64,000 bases of DNA from Lepidodermella squamata (Eukaryota; Animalia; Gastrotricha). The notes below the pieces were generated by a model. The model was not told the DNA's origin, did not search any database, and saw nothing but the letters and a program-made list of their open reading frames with translations. The position numbers and the translations under genes were made by a program. Of this stretch, positions 1-11,613 are shown piece by piece (position 1 is the first letter of the stretch; the number at the start of each line of letters is the position of its first letter). The stretch is from assembly GCA_047495785.1 (NCBI GenBank), contig JBLDXI010000032.1, positions 2,790,001 through 2,854,000 on the forward strand, read 5' to 3'.

Positions 1-984
1 TCGACGAACTGAGCCGATTTCCGTTGAGCCAGATCCCAAAGTTCCGCCGTTAATCACAGGAGTGGGTCCGCAGTTCTTTGGGACGTCAGTTTGAGCTACA
101 GAAATTGCAGGTAGAGACGTTATTTGGGTGCATTGCCCGACTCTTGGTTTCCAGCTCCCATTCGACATACATACGCCGGATTCGCTTCCGTTAGTGATGT
201 CATAGCCGACAGGACATTGAATTGTAATCGAAGTCTCAACTTGAAGCCTCCGACCTCCGAACTCAGCTCCTCTAATCGCCGCATCGTTAATCACCAGCTT
301 AGTTCCGTTGATCAAAGGCGGGATGGTGCACATCATTCCGTTGGGTCGAGTCACTGCCGCCGAATTCGAGGCATCGGACCCTGGCTTACACTCGCCCAGT
401 AAAGGCCTCCATTGCCTCGAGGATACGCAAACGCCGGTCGAGCTTCCACCTGCTATTGAGTAACCGGTTGGGCATTTTATAGTCACTGCAGTTTCCATCG
501 AGACCTTTTTGCCACTGAATTCAGGCCCTCGGATTACTCCGTCGTTAATCACGAATTGAGCGCCCTGGGGGATTGTTGGCATAGTGCACATGACTATGGC
601 TGGGTTAGCTGGGCCTTTCCCGCCGCCGTCCAGAGATGAGATCGGTCGCTGCGGCGCTTCGTTAGTCTTTTCTTCGCAGTCGACGAGTTCAGGCTCCCAT
701 CTTCCGCCGGGTAGACAGGTTGACGTTTGAACTGTTTTGTACTGGCGTCTTTCGAGTTCTATGCCAAAACCTTCGGCGCAAGAAACTTCAAGAGTCGACC
801 CTTCCACGGCGAAAGACGCGTCCGGTCCTACTGGGTCGGCTAGACCCACCGGCCGGTTGACAACCAGGTATTCGCTGTTCTCGATTTTCGGCAGTTGGCA
901 TGTCCGTTGAGCAAAAGTTGCGATTACGTAAAAATTTGCTACCGTTAAGACAGCAGTCAAGACGTGATCACAAATGCGTTTCAT
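1..984 (-). CDS. Secreted protein with tandem Sushi/CCP (SCR)-like domains; 5' part only, continues beyond the window
   Basis: Not in the ORF track because it is open to the edge. Manual translation from ATG 984 gives MKRICDHVLTAVLTVANFYVIATFAQ (signal-like), then three modules of the form C-x-x-P...C-x-x-G-(F/Y)...C-x4-W-x-P-x3-C (e.g. CAEGF...CLPGGRWEPELVDC; CPTGY...CVSSRQWRPLLGEC) and the start of a fourth. No stop in 328 codons. Confidence 0.82.
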   Translation of the reverse strand, partial: MKRICDHVLTAVLTVANFYVIATFAQRTCQLPKIENSEYLVVNRPVGLADPVGPDASFAVEGSTLEVSCAEGFGIELERRQYKTVQTSTCLPGGRWEPELVDCEEKTNEAPQRPISSLDGGGKGPANPAIVMCTMPTIPQGAQFVINDGVIRGPEFSGKKVSMETAVTIKCPTGYSIAGGSSTGVCVSSRQWRPLLGECKPGSDASNSAAVTRPNGMMCTIPPLINGTKLVINDAAIRGAEFGGRRLQVETSITIQCPVGYDITNGSESGVCMSNGSWKPRVGQCTQITSLPAISVAQTDVPKNCGPTPVINGGTLGSGSTEIGSVRR

Positions 985-2092
985 TGTAGTAATGTCATGA
1001 ACGCAACAATTTTTTGTAACGTATTGCAGTGTACAAGACGTTAAATCCGCCTATTGTGATGTGAGTGCGCGGGCGAGGCGACAATTTAGTGAAAACAATA
1101 CACACACCTATCAATGAATGAGTATTTGTTAAGCCGAAGGCAAAAATGGTCTCTTGATGCTATTGCCGTGTTTAATGATTTGTAACACATCTCACGTCAG
1201 GCTAATGAGCTAATCTTCTTTCCGTGTGTGCGTTTAGTGTGATGGAAGCTTAACGAAAAAAGCGTCGGCTTCAAGGGCAAGTACCTGCTCTTAAAAGCCC
1301 ATGAATACATGTGGATGAACGCCCTCGACATGAGCCGTTTTATCCATATATTTCCTGCTGGTGTAAACTGAAATGAACCTTACGTGGAAACTGGGTGCAA
1401 TTATAAAAATGCGACATGTCGCGTTTTTTATTATCTTTGAGGATTAAGATGTTTGTTTGTTTGTCGACATGGCGCACAGGTTATTTCATGCGCAAACATG
1501 TTCAACATTTCCCTGCAAAAAACTGGCACGTGTCACCATGCGAATGTCTCTCAACAAATTCAGCAGGAAGCGGTTAAACCGAACTGTTCGATTGAATCTC
1601 CAGGGTTGGGCCTGTATCTGGAACGAGCTTTTCTAAATGAATGCAACGGCTTTGTTAACTAAAATGTAGTAAAAACAAGAAAAATGAGGTGAATAAATCA
1701 CAAAAGCCATCATATCATTTCCTTCATTTCATATTGACCAGCTTTCTCGATTCAATGAAACTTTCGAATTTTCTGTAACCAGAATGCATCACTGCACTTT
1801 TGTATCCAATCTAGCGAGAAGCTGGTATGAAGATAGATTAATGTTTACACACTAGCACTGATGTGCCAAGGACATCTCTAGAACTATGTTTTACGCCTCT
1901 CAAGTAATGAGTTTAGCAAATAAAGAGTATCGCGGAAGTTTTATCTAATGCAAATAGTACTCGATGTTGTATAAAATAGTGGAAACAGCGATAAGACACG
2001 CCTATATGTCGCGGAGTCGGGCCATGCTAACTGCCCACCGCTAATACGTAGTTTTTTGGGCATAGTGTAGCAAAATTTCCCTAGCGAAAATC

Positions 2093-5080
2093 ATGCGCCT
2101 AAAGAGTAAACAGCGCAAAAATAGCTTTATTTCTATTACAGTAATTTTATCGCTTTCGTTCTTGTTTTCACCAACTCTTGCTCAAGACGTGAGTGATCAG
2201 AAGGAATTTGAATAACTTCTTGATTGAATTATTCAGGATAGAAGCTGTCAGGATATTCACAAAATCGAAGATTCTGCGGAGCAATGTTATTTTGCCCAGG
2301 TTTTCTTCAACTTGAATTCTTAACATGTTCTGCATTTCTTTGAAATTCCTTGTAGACCAATCCAAACTGTGGCATTGAGAGCGGCTACATAAACTATATC
2401 GAAGACCTCTATTGCAACTTTCAAGGCCCCGTGTTAAGGCCAATTGGATACATCCTAAATGTGAGCAGATATACCTTGGATAACCTATAAAATCTACTTC
2501 TAAACTGTGCGCTATTTAGGCGATTTGGTTTGTCTTTCTGCTTTTAGCAATTACTGTCACCTCGGATCGAGTGTGAGTTCAATAATTGATAAAGGCCGTG
2601 GTAATGATTATCCCCGCAAATTTTAGATTCATTCCAAATTTATCAGCCATCGCAAACGCTTTACACCTCAGGTATATATTTACATCACAGACTTACTTTT
2701 ATAATCTCTGATTATCCTATCGCAGTGAAAATGTCGCCGTAAGTGCTCGTTATATCGACTGTACCAGCCTCTGAACCACCGTTATTAATAGGGCGAAACT
2801 TTGTTGCCTCTCGGCAATGGAGCTGCAGATATTTTTACCTCAATCGCAGCCGCGATCTCATTGCGCGACGGAGATATTTCGGTATTGTACGGCACCCTAC
2901 TCGGCTCGGGAGCTTTCACAACCACCGTCATTGCCGGCCTCATCATTATGGTCAAACCCTTTCGAACAATGCAACGGCCCCTGCTGCGGGTGTTGATATT
3001 CTACATGCTCGCTGTTTTTAGCGGTATGATTTAAAAAATCAGTTAAGGAGGATTGTTCACTTTTCCATTCTATAGCCTACGCTGTTGTTTGGGATAGCAT
3101 TTTCGAAATTCCTGAGGCTCTGGTCTTTCTAGTTTTATACGCAGTCTACCTTGCTAGCGTTATCCTCGGCCCTAAAGTCAATGGTTGGCTGATTGATTGG
3201 TCAAATAAGCGGAAATTAAAGAAGAAGCCTGCTTTCACCGAACATCCACCTCCTGAAATTCAACCTCAAGACAATAAGGTTTCAATCGTCGTCGAGCCGC
3301 CTACGCCAAGTGATGAGAAAAGCTTCACAGCAGAGGAACCAGCTACGGTAGTAAAGACAGAGGAGACAAGACGCTCGGAAGGAAATGAGCCACGGTCCAA
3401 GGTTTCCTGGGTTGATCTACCTCGGCCGTCCATTGCAGACAATAGGGTTGATGGGAGACGAGCTACCAGTCTAGACGTGACAACAGTTACCTACTTAAAA
3501 GAACGGGCAGCTGCAGCTTCACGGAATGCTGCAATTTTGCGGACCTACTCGCAAGGACTACCAACCGCACAGGAACTTGAAAGGAACATGCAAATCTTGG
3601 AGAATCCCGAAGAACTAGCTGGGTTGTCGAGGGTTGCCCGTATGTACATAGAACAGGGCGCTAGGCTGCAGATCGGGCGTCTTCGTGAGAGTATCAAGCG
3701 AAAATCCAGCAACACATCTGTTCAGCAGCAGCCGGGGGAAGCAACCTGGATCAGGTCTGTTCTGGAATCTTCCTCCTCCTCCGATGAAGAAGGGGCGGAT
3801 TCTGCCGAATTCGAAGTTCGGCAAAGACGACGGCGTCAGACCAGCGAATCGAGCCGTCGCTCGAGTCGCCGATCTGCCTCGCCGAAACCTTCACTTGCCC
3901 AGGAAAGCCACGAGCTGCAAGAAGTCAGTGTTACTCCTGAACCCCAAGATGAAACTGTAAATACGGCTACTGAAAAGGAATCATTGTCAAGCGGCGACAA
4001 TGAAACTGTCGAAGAAATGCCAATTTGGCGCTGGATTTTGACTGGGCTTGATCCTATCCAACACGAAGATTGGAAGGTTCAAAACAAGTTCTCGAAGGCA
4101 ATGCAAATCATAAAGGCTCCCATTGTATTCCTCGTCTTTCTCTGCACACCGGTCGTGGACGATGAGAAGCGCATGAAAAACTGGAACCGACCCCTGAATT
4201 GCGCTCATCTTGTTCTAGCTCCAATATTCATCATGTTCGCTTTACACGGTAAAAATGTCTCATACAATGAAGCAAACCTATTGATTTTGTTGTTCCAGAA
4301 CTTGATTTGCTTATAGGCGAGGTGTTCCCTGTGACATTTATCCTCGGCTATGTTGGTCTTCTTCTTGCTGGTGTAGTGTTCTTCACTTCTAATAATACCG
4401 AAAGGCCTAAATACCACATGGTTTGATGCCTATCACTTTGTAACATTTTACTATTATGACATTCAAGGCATTCGCTGTGCTTGGTTTCGTCACAACTGCA
4501 ATGTGGATCTACTTGTTTGCGAATGAAGTTGTCAACCTGATTCAGTTCTTCGGGCTCGCTTTAGGATTGAGTGAAAGTTTGCTTGGTTTGACGTTTCTGG
4601 CATGGGGCAACAGTCTGCCTGATGTATTCAACGACCTGGCGGTTGCAAGGCAAGGCTATTCTAAAATGGCTATTTCAGCTGCCTACAGCGGGGCTTTATT
4701 TAGTAAGGAAGGTGCAATCTTAGTCAATAATCGTAATTCGCGCTTTTTTTCTAGACATATTGATTGGACTCGGCGTACCATTGTTGATCATCACGATAAA
4801 TAGCGGTGGTCAAATTCGGGTGAGTTTATCTCCCGCTCATTTCTGACACACACCCTAATTCGAATTTCATTTATAGGTTGTGCTTCCTAATATACTAATG
4901 CTCATGTTCATTTTCATTGGGATTTCGCTATCAACATCTCTCATTGCCATCGTGCTTGTTCAGCGGTTCCACGTTCGCCGGCCATTCGCCATTTACCTTT
5001 TCGTTATCTACGCTGCCTGCATTGTCGTTGTCCTACTCAGTGAATTCGGCGTCATCAGCCTTAACGCGTTGTACCATTAA
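2093..5080 (+). CDS. Cation/Ca2+ exchanger, NCLX/CCX (SLC8B1-like), paralog 1, multi-exon
   Basis: Signal-like exon 1 (MRLKSKQRKNSFISITVILSLSFLFSPTLAQD), N-terminal CGIESGYINYIEDLYC, alpha-1 repeat SENVAGETLLPLGNGAADIF, long cytosolic loop, WNRPLN, alpha-2 repeat GLTFLAWGNSLPD, RQGYSKMAISA. Joined by short GT-AG introns. Confidence 0.9.
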
Positions 5081-5457
5081 AACTTTGTATCAAACATCAC
5101 AAAAGTATTCAGACGTTTCGCTGAGTGATTTTTTCATACCCGAAAAATATTAAAGATTCAATTCGAGAAAAAAGAGCGAGTTTATCTCAAAAGAACCTTA
5201 ATTTGGATGCCTTCCAGATTCAGTTACCAAACCGCCGTATCATTTCACTCAGTTTATCTACCATCACACGGAATTACTAAATATATCAGTGGTTTAAGTA
5301 CAAGCTTTTAAAACACAAGGTTGCTGTTTTGAATTGCCCAGGTCTGCCGGTCTTAAGATAATTTTCATTGCAAGTATCTGGCAGATAATAATACATGTTT
5401 CTCCTGATAATTTCGAGATTTTGAAGAAATTCATCCCTGGATAAATGGTCGTGGAGG

Positions 5458-8360
5458 ATGATGCGAAAATTCGAGAAGCCAGTGGGACCGAATTTAGGGT
5501 TAAAATGCCTGTTGATAATCCTTTGCGGTACAGCCTACTTCGGGAATGTCGCTGCAGCTGATAGTCAATCGGTAATAATAGATTTTCCACTATAATTAAC
5601 ACACCTTATTAATTTGAAACAGACACAGTGTCGAGAAATTCACAAAATTGAGAAGCCCGATGAGCAATGCGACTTTGCCTTGGTAACAGCTTATTTTACA
5701 ATAAATGACAAATATTCTCATCATTTTTATCATCTTTTAGCGAACGAGGAGCTGTGGGATTGAGAGTGGCTACATCAACTATATTGGAGATCTTTACTGC
5801 ACCTTTCAAGGGCCAATTCTCAGGCCAATCTGTTACATTTTATACGTAATTATACTTACTTCCCATAACAAATGCATAGCCTTTCATTTTAATTCACCAG
5901 ACTGTGTTGTTCGCTGGACTTCTTCTTTCAATAACAGTTACTTCAGACCGAATGTAAGATCAGCCATTTTTGATAATAGTTGACACGCATTGAACTTCAT
6001 CTTTTTGTATTTGTATTAGTTTCATTCCGAATCTGTCTACAATAGCTAAAGCCTTGCACTTAAGCGAAAATGTTGCTGTGAGTTGCCTTGGTTTTACAGT
6101 CCACCTTCATATTTTCATTGAATGATATCCTCGTTAAAGGGCGAAACGTTACTGCCCCTGGGAAATGGAGCAGCCGATATTTTCACGTCAATAGCAGCTG
6201 CCATCTCCTTGCGAGGTGGTGACATCTCGATACTCTACGGCACTCTTCTTGGCTCCGGTGCTTTCACAACCACTGTCATCGTTGGCAGTGTAATCTTGGT
6301 GAAACCTTTTAGAACTATGCAAAGGCCACTGCTACGCGTACTTGTATTCTACATCATCGCTCAGTATTGCGGTAAGATTAGGTACTTCAGTCGAAAATGA
6401 TCGAAAATTTTCATTTTCATCGCCAGCTTTCACTGTTGTATGGGATGGCCACATCAGTGCTTTCGAAGCTCAAAGTGAGTCAATTTTTCTATCCAAGTCA
6501 AAGGAATTACTTCAACCATTTTTAGTCTTCCTGGTGTTGTACGTTGTTTACTTGGCCAGTGTGATATTATCTCCCCGTGTTAACTCTTGGCTCATTTCCT
6601 GGGCTAAACGTCGGAAAGAGATGAAGCAGTCAAAGGCTAAAACACAAGAACCTTCTACCGACCTTATCAATGATCGCTCAACCCCTGCTGTCCCACAGGA
6701 ATGCACAATCAAGTGTGAAAATGATCGAACACCAGAAGATTCCGGCGGTATCTGCAATCCTGGGAAAGTTTGGTTGGAAGTACCGAATCCAATAGATCAC
6801 TCAAGTATCCGTCGGTCTTCAAGCCTCAGCGAGCCTTGTGACTGCCCGATCCACGTTCAACGGTTCCATTCGGAGAGATCTAAAGTGCATCCGGTTATTC
6901 CCAGTCTAGGTAATGGGCATGAGTCAGGTATCCAACACTCTGGGCAATGGCATCCGCCCTCAGTTGAAGATTTAGCAAGCCTGTCTCGGGTGGCTAAACT
7001 TTACATCCGGCAAGGCTCTTTCCAAGAAAATCTTCGTAGAAGCCAAAGATTGTCGAAAAAGAGAACGAAACCGCCAGGGGTTCAAGCGACGGCTGATTGG
7101 CTCACTGTAGACAACCTGGAAAACTTTCTTGAACATTCATCATCCTCTTCGTCTGAAGATGAGTCTGATCAACCTCCAAAGCAGACAGGAACAAATTGTA
7201 GCAAGAATTTGAAAGTTGAGATTGAGCTGACGCCTCCTAGCAAAATAACCATAGCTGAGGAACCTTCAATCTTCATCACGCCACCGTCAACTCCAACCGA
7301 GCCTGAAGCTTTGTCAAGAACGGCTTCTGCTACCACTGAAGGAAGTTCTACAATCACTGACAAACCTTTATGGAAGTGGCTGATTGATGGGATTAACCCG
7401 ATTGAAATTGAGAAGTGGCGACATCAAGGATGCTTCTATCGTACAATGCAAGTCTTAAAAGCTCCGATTGTTTTCGCAGTTCAGCTCTGCACGCCAGTTC
7501 TTGACGAAGAGAAGCCTATGACTAACTGGAACCGACCGCTTAACAGTCTTCAATGTGCTCTTTCTCCTCTGTTCATGCTTTTCGCTCTGCATGGTACGTT
7601 CTATCAGGGTCTATACTCATGCCGAACTGTTTTTTCATTGCAGAGACGGATGTATTGATTGGGGATGTCTTTCCTCTTGCTGCATTAGTCGTTATATGTG
7701 GCCTCGCATGTGGCGTTTTGGTTTTTCTGACTTCCAAAAATACCGAACGGCCAAAGTTTCACATTGTTAGATGATAGCAATTTTTGTGGGGAATCTTAGT
7801 TTTTCTCCGATTTTTAGGGTTTCGCCATTCTCGGATTTTGCTCAACAGCAATGTGGATCTACCTATTCGCAAACGAGATTGTCAATCTAATATACTTCTA
7901 TGGACTAGTTTTAGGCATAAGTGAAAGTCTGCTTGGCCTGACCTTCCTAGCATGGGGTAACAGTCTACCTGATTTGATGAATGATCTCGCCGTCGCGAAA
8001 CAAGGCTACTCGAAAATGGCTATATCGGCATGTTTCAGCAGTGCACTTTTCAGTAAAAACTTCAATTTATTTTTTGAAACATTTGCACAAGCTAACCTTA
8101 TTTTAGACATCCTGTTCGGGTTGGGAGTGCCTTTGCTTATAATCACATTGAATAATGGCGGAGAGTTGGAGGTTCATCTTCCGAAGATTTTGCTGTTAAT
8201 GTTCATTTTCATCGGTTTTTCAATGACCATGTCCTTAATTTTGATTGTACTCGTCCAACGCTTTCATATGAAGAGGCCATTCGCAATCTACCTCATTTTG
8301 ACCTACATAATTTGCATTATTACTGTCCTACTCTGCGAATTCGGAATAATTCATGTTTAA
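5458..8360 (+). CDS. Cation/Ca2+ exchanger, NCLX/CCX (SLC8B1-like), paralog 2, multi-exon
   Basis: Same motifs as paralog 1 (GETLLPLGNGAADIF, GLTFLAWGNSLPD, WNRPLN). Start inferred at ATG 5458 (MMRKFEKPVGPNLGLKCLLIILCG...), splicing to TQCREIHKIEKPDEQCDF. Confidence 0.9.
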
Positions 8361-8551
8361 CCTGAGTATATTTCAAAATTGGATGATTTCTTCGATTTTA
8401 TTCAAAAAAATGCGACGGTAAACAATACTTTTATCAATAAAAAACAAGCAGCAAGTTTCCGGGGTGGGCTTGTTTTTAAGCGAACCCGTCGTTCACTAAA
8501 AGTTCAATATAAGCAGCATTTTTCAAAAAGCGTCAGACGCGTCACTCAAAA

Positions 8552-9718
8552 ATGCATTGCCTTCGTTCTTTTCTCGTAATCTTGCAGCTGATGGCTATCA
8601 AATGCGATGAGGTTCAATATCCGTCATCCATGATATCTAGCCCTACAGAATTTTACGACCCGAACGAAATTCTAGCTATTTGCCCTAACTTTGCAGGTTG
8701 GCGATACAGCCCACACTCCTCTTCAGGTCCTAAAATAGAGATCGGAGCCCGTTATGAGCCGTTCAGCTTCAACGGCATCGACAGCTCAAATGAAGTTGCC
8801 TCAATTACTGGATTACTTGAGTTTCAATGGACGGCAATGTGTTTAGGCTGGCAGGCTTGTCTAAACAGAACGATCTCAGAGGTGATATGCAAACCGCCCG
8901 ACCTGATGTGGCGACCGCATTTCATGTTTCGCGGAAACTCCAGGATGTCATTGGTTACTGAAAGTCACGAAGAAACCCTTCGTGTGTTATTCAAGCCTCA
9001 TGTTGGAGACATGGCCGAGTTGTTCGGGTTTCGATGGTCCATAAGAGGCGAATTCACTTCATACTGCAAATTAAATCTGAGACGATTTCCATTGGACCAA
9101 CAAATCTGCGACTTCGTATTCCAATTAGCCGAGTCGAACTTTGATTTCAGGCTCACCGATGTAACTTTTGTGGCTATTTCGGCCATGCTAGAATCATGGA
9201 ATGCTGAGTGGAAAATTATTTCGTACAATACGAGCATAGTTAAACGATATTATGCTATTTTTTCTCCTGCTGTTGTAATCCGAATTTCTGCTTCTAGAAA
9301 TCCAGATTTCTATCTCTACCATCTATTAGCGCCTTGTTTTATTTTGGCTATCATGGAGATGTGCAGTTTCGCTCTGCCACCGGATACTTCTGAAAGGGCT
9401 GCGTTCACTCTAACGATCTACCTGTCATTCGCAGTTCTTGAATCGCAACTGATCAGCATGATCCCTAAAACACCGCAAAAAATGCTGATTGCTGATTTCA
9501 TCCTATTTCAGGCAGTCTTCTCGCTTCTTAGCACGATATACTCCGCTGTCATATGCTTGATCACTAACACAATGCCTGAAATGGCGACGAAGCAAATCAA
9601 AATCGTCGGGAAGTTCAACATGAAAGTTCAGTCTTTAGCCGACTTGCTGTTTTTCTTTGTTTTCGGATTCACTCTCGTATCAGCTACTATTTATTTCATG
9701 CTGGAAATGTCTGTGTGA
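8552..9718 (+). CDS. Divergent Cys-loop ligand-gated ion channel subunit (nAChR-like), intronless; LGIC-1
   Basis: Signal peptide, WRP loop A, Cys-loop CKLNLRRFPLDQQIC, pre-M1 R, four TM helices, M2 ERAAFTLTIYLSF. Confidence 0.9.
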   Translation: MHCLRSFLVILQLMAIKCDEVQYPSSMISSPTEFYDPNEILAICPNFAGWRYSPHSSSGPKIEIGARYEPFSFNGIDSSNEVASITGLLEFQWTAMCLGWQACLNRTISEVICKPPDLMWRPHFMFRGNSRMSLVTESHEETLRVLFKPHVGDMAELFGFRWSIRGEFTSYCKLNLRRFPLDQQICDFVFQLAESNFDFRLTDVTFVAISAMLESWNAEWKIISYNTSIVKRYYAIFSPAVVIRISASRNPDFYLYHLLAPCFILAIMEMCSFALPPDTSERAAFTLTIYLSFAVLESQLISMIPKTPQKMLIADFILFQAVFSLLSTIYSAVICLITNTMPEMATKQIKIVGKFNMKVQSLADLLFFFVFGFTLVSATIYFMLEMSV

Positions 9719-10121
9719 GATACTCGTTTTTCATTTCGCTGAACATTCAGGAAAATAAAGAAAAATTGCTGTCCCTCTTTATCATGCATAGCGACGCAGG
9801 GATATTTCTAACTCCAGAACCTATCGTTACAGTGGAATCGGCTCATTCCATCGAAAGAACAATTCCTGAACAACTTCGAGCTTCCAGCTGAGAAAATGTT
9901 ATTCTGAAGGTGGTTTTATTATTACGATTATGTCCGAAAATGCAATCCCTGCGTCACCGTGTCTCATCCCTGCAATGATTTTGAATCTTCGCAGTTTCTA
10001 CCATACTCCAAGTTCCGAGTAAACAAATAGCAGGAAATTAACTTTGAATGCGCTTGCAATAAAAATGTTAAGCTTCATAATATTTGGGAAAACCATCTTC
10101 AGCAGCTTTGTTATCTTCGTC

Positions 10122-11330
10122 ATGCTTAACAAATCAATTTTCAACGCCTTCGTTTCCTTAGCGTGTTGCTTTTTTCTGACCTTTGCGGAGAATGAGACTA
10201 ATTTCGACGAGTCTTCAAGTAGGACTGAGTCGCCTCCAGAGGATCGATTCCCTGACGACATGATGTACGATCCGCAAGCTTTCTATAATCCTTACGAAGT
10301 TCTCGAATTATGTCCGAATTTTTCGCCCTATCGCTACAGCCCGTATACAAGCCGCGGCCCACCCATATCTATAACAGTTCGATATGAACCGTATAGTTTT
10401 AACGGAATCGACAGCGCTGCTGAGGTGGCATCAATCACGGGCCTCCTCCAATTTCAATGGTCCCCGGTCTGTTTGGGCTGGCGAAGTATGCATAACAGAA
10501 CATTCTCAACCATTCATGTAAACCCCCCGGACATCATGTGGATGCCGAAAATCATTTTCCGTGGAAACTCAGAATTGTCCATTCAATCCAGTGGTAACAA
10601 TCAAGAGCTATTGCTGCACTTTTTTCCCCACCGAAAACCGGACGAAAGTTTCTTTTTTAGCTGGTCGGTTACAGGCGAATTCGTTTCTTATTGTGGCTTA
10701 GATTTGCGGAAGTTTCCTGCCGATACGCAGCAATGCTCTTTCAATTTCCAGCTGGGCGCGTTGCCTTTGGATTTCAAATTCTCTGCTATTCATTTGTATG
10801 GCCAAATAATTTACTCCAGGAATGCTGAATGGAAGGTTCTTTACTACAATGCAAGTATAATAAAAGGCTACTACGCAGGGTTTCCAGCAGTGTCGATTAA
10901 GGTGATTATCAAAAGAGTTCCCGATTTCTACCTTTACCATCTTGTTGCTCCATGTTTTGTGCTTGCGATTATGGAAATGTGCAGCTTTGCCTTGCCTCCT
11001 GAAACATCAGAACGGGCTTCATACACCCTGACTATCTACCTGGCATTTGCTGTACTTGAATCACAGCTGATCACGATGATCCCTAAAACGCCTCAGAAAA
11101 TGCTGATAGCTGATTTGATTTTATTCCAAGCCATTTTTTCGATGATGTGCACAATTTACTCAGCGCTATTGTGCCTTTTCGTCAATGTCAGACCCGAAAT
11201 GGCTGCGAAAAACATTGCACGCAACATCCGACTAAGTTGTCACGCTTTTCTTGACATTTCTTTCTTCATCATTTTCGCATTAGCTTTAATCGCTGCTACT
11301 GCTTACTTTATATTAGCTATTTTGGATTAG
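10122..11330 (+). CDS. Divergent Cys-loop LGIC subunit, intronless; LGIC-2
   Basis: Cys-loop CGLDLRKFPADTQQC, M2 ERASYTLTIYLAF, 4 TM. The ORF-track start is a TTG, so ATG 10122 ahead of the signal peptide was used. Confidence 0.9.
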   Translation: MLNKSIFNAFVSLACCFFLTFAENETNFDESSSRTESPPEDRFPDDMMYDPQAFYNPYEVLELCPNFSPYRYSPYTSRGPPISITVRYEPYSFNGIDSAAEVASITGLLQFQWSPVCLGWRSMHNRTFSTIHVNPPDIMWMPKIIFRGNSELSIQSSGNNQELLLHFFPHRKPDESFFFSWSVTGEFVSYCGLDLRKFPADTQQCSFNFQLGALPLDFKFSAIHLYGQIIYSRNAEWKVLYYNASIIKGYYAGFPAVSIKVIIKRVPDFYLYHLVAPCFVLAIMEMCSFALPPETSERASYTLTIYLAFAVLESQLITMIPKTPQKMLIADLILFQAIFSMMCTIYSALLCLFVNVRPEMAAKNIARNIRLSCHAFLDISFFIIFALALIAATAYFILAILD

Positions 11331-11613
11331 ACGGGTAGTTACACCAAATATTTGTCATCTCATGGCGCCTCTCAAGCATTTCGGCAATTGTTTCTCACAC
11401 GTTAACAACGTATACTCCCATTGCTTTTGCAATGGGCTTTTTATCATTTCAATATAACGCTGACTGATTGCAGAAGGCAATGCTTTCGTGACTTACCATT
11501 CCATCGGAAAAAACATCATGAATAAATATTATGTATGATACGCGTTATAATGAAACATTTTTGTAGCTGCTGAGAGAGAGGAGAACATTGTTTTATTCAA
11601 ATAATTTTTTACC

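Noticed and set aside
124-402. 92-aa plus-strand ORF
   Set aside because: Antisense shadow of the Sushi-domain gene, with no motif of its own.
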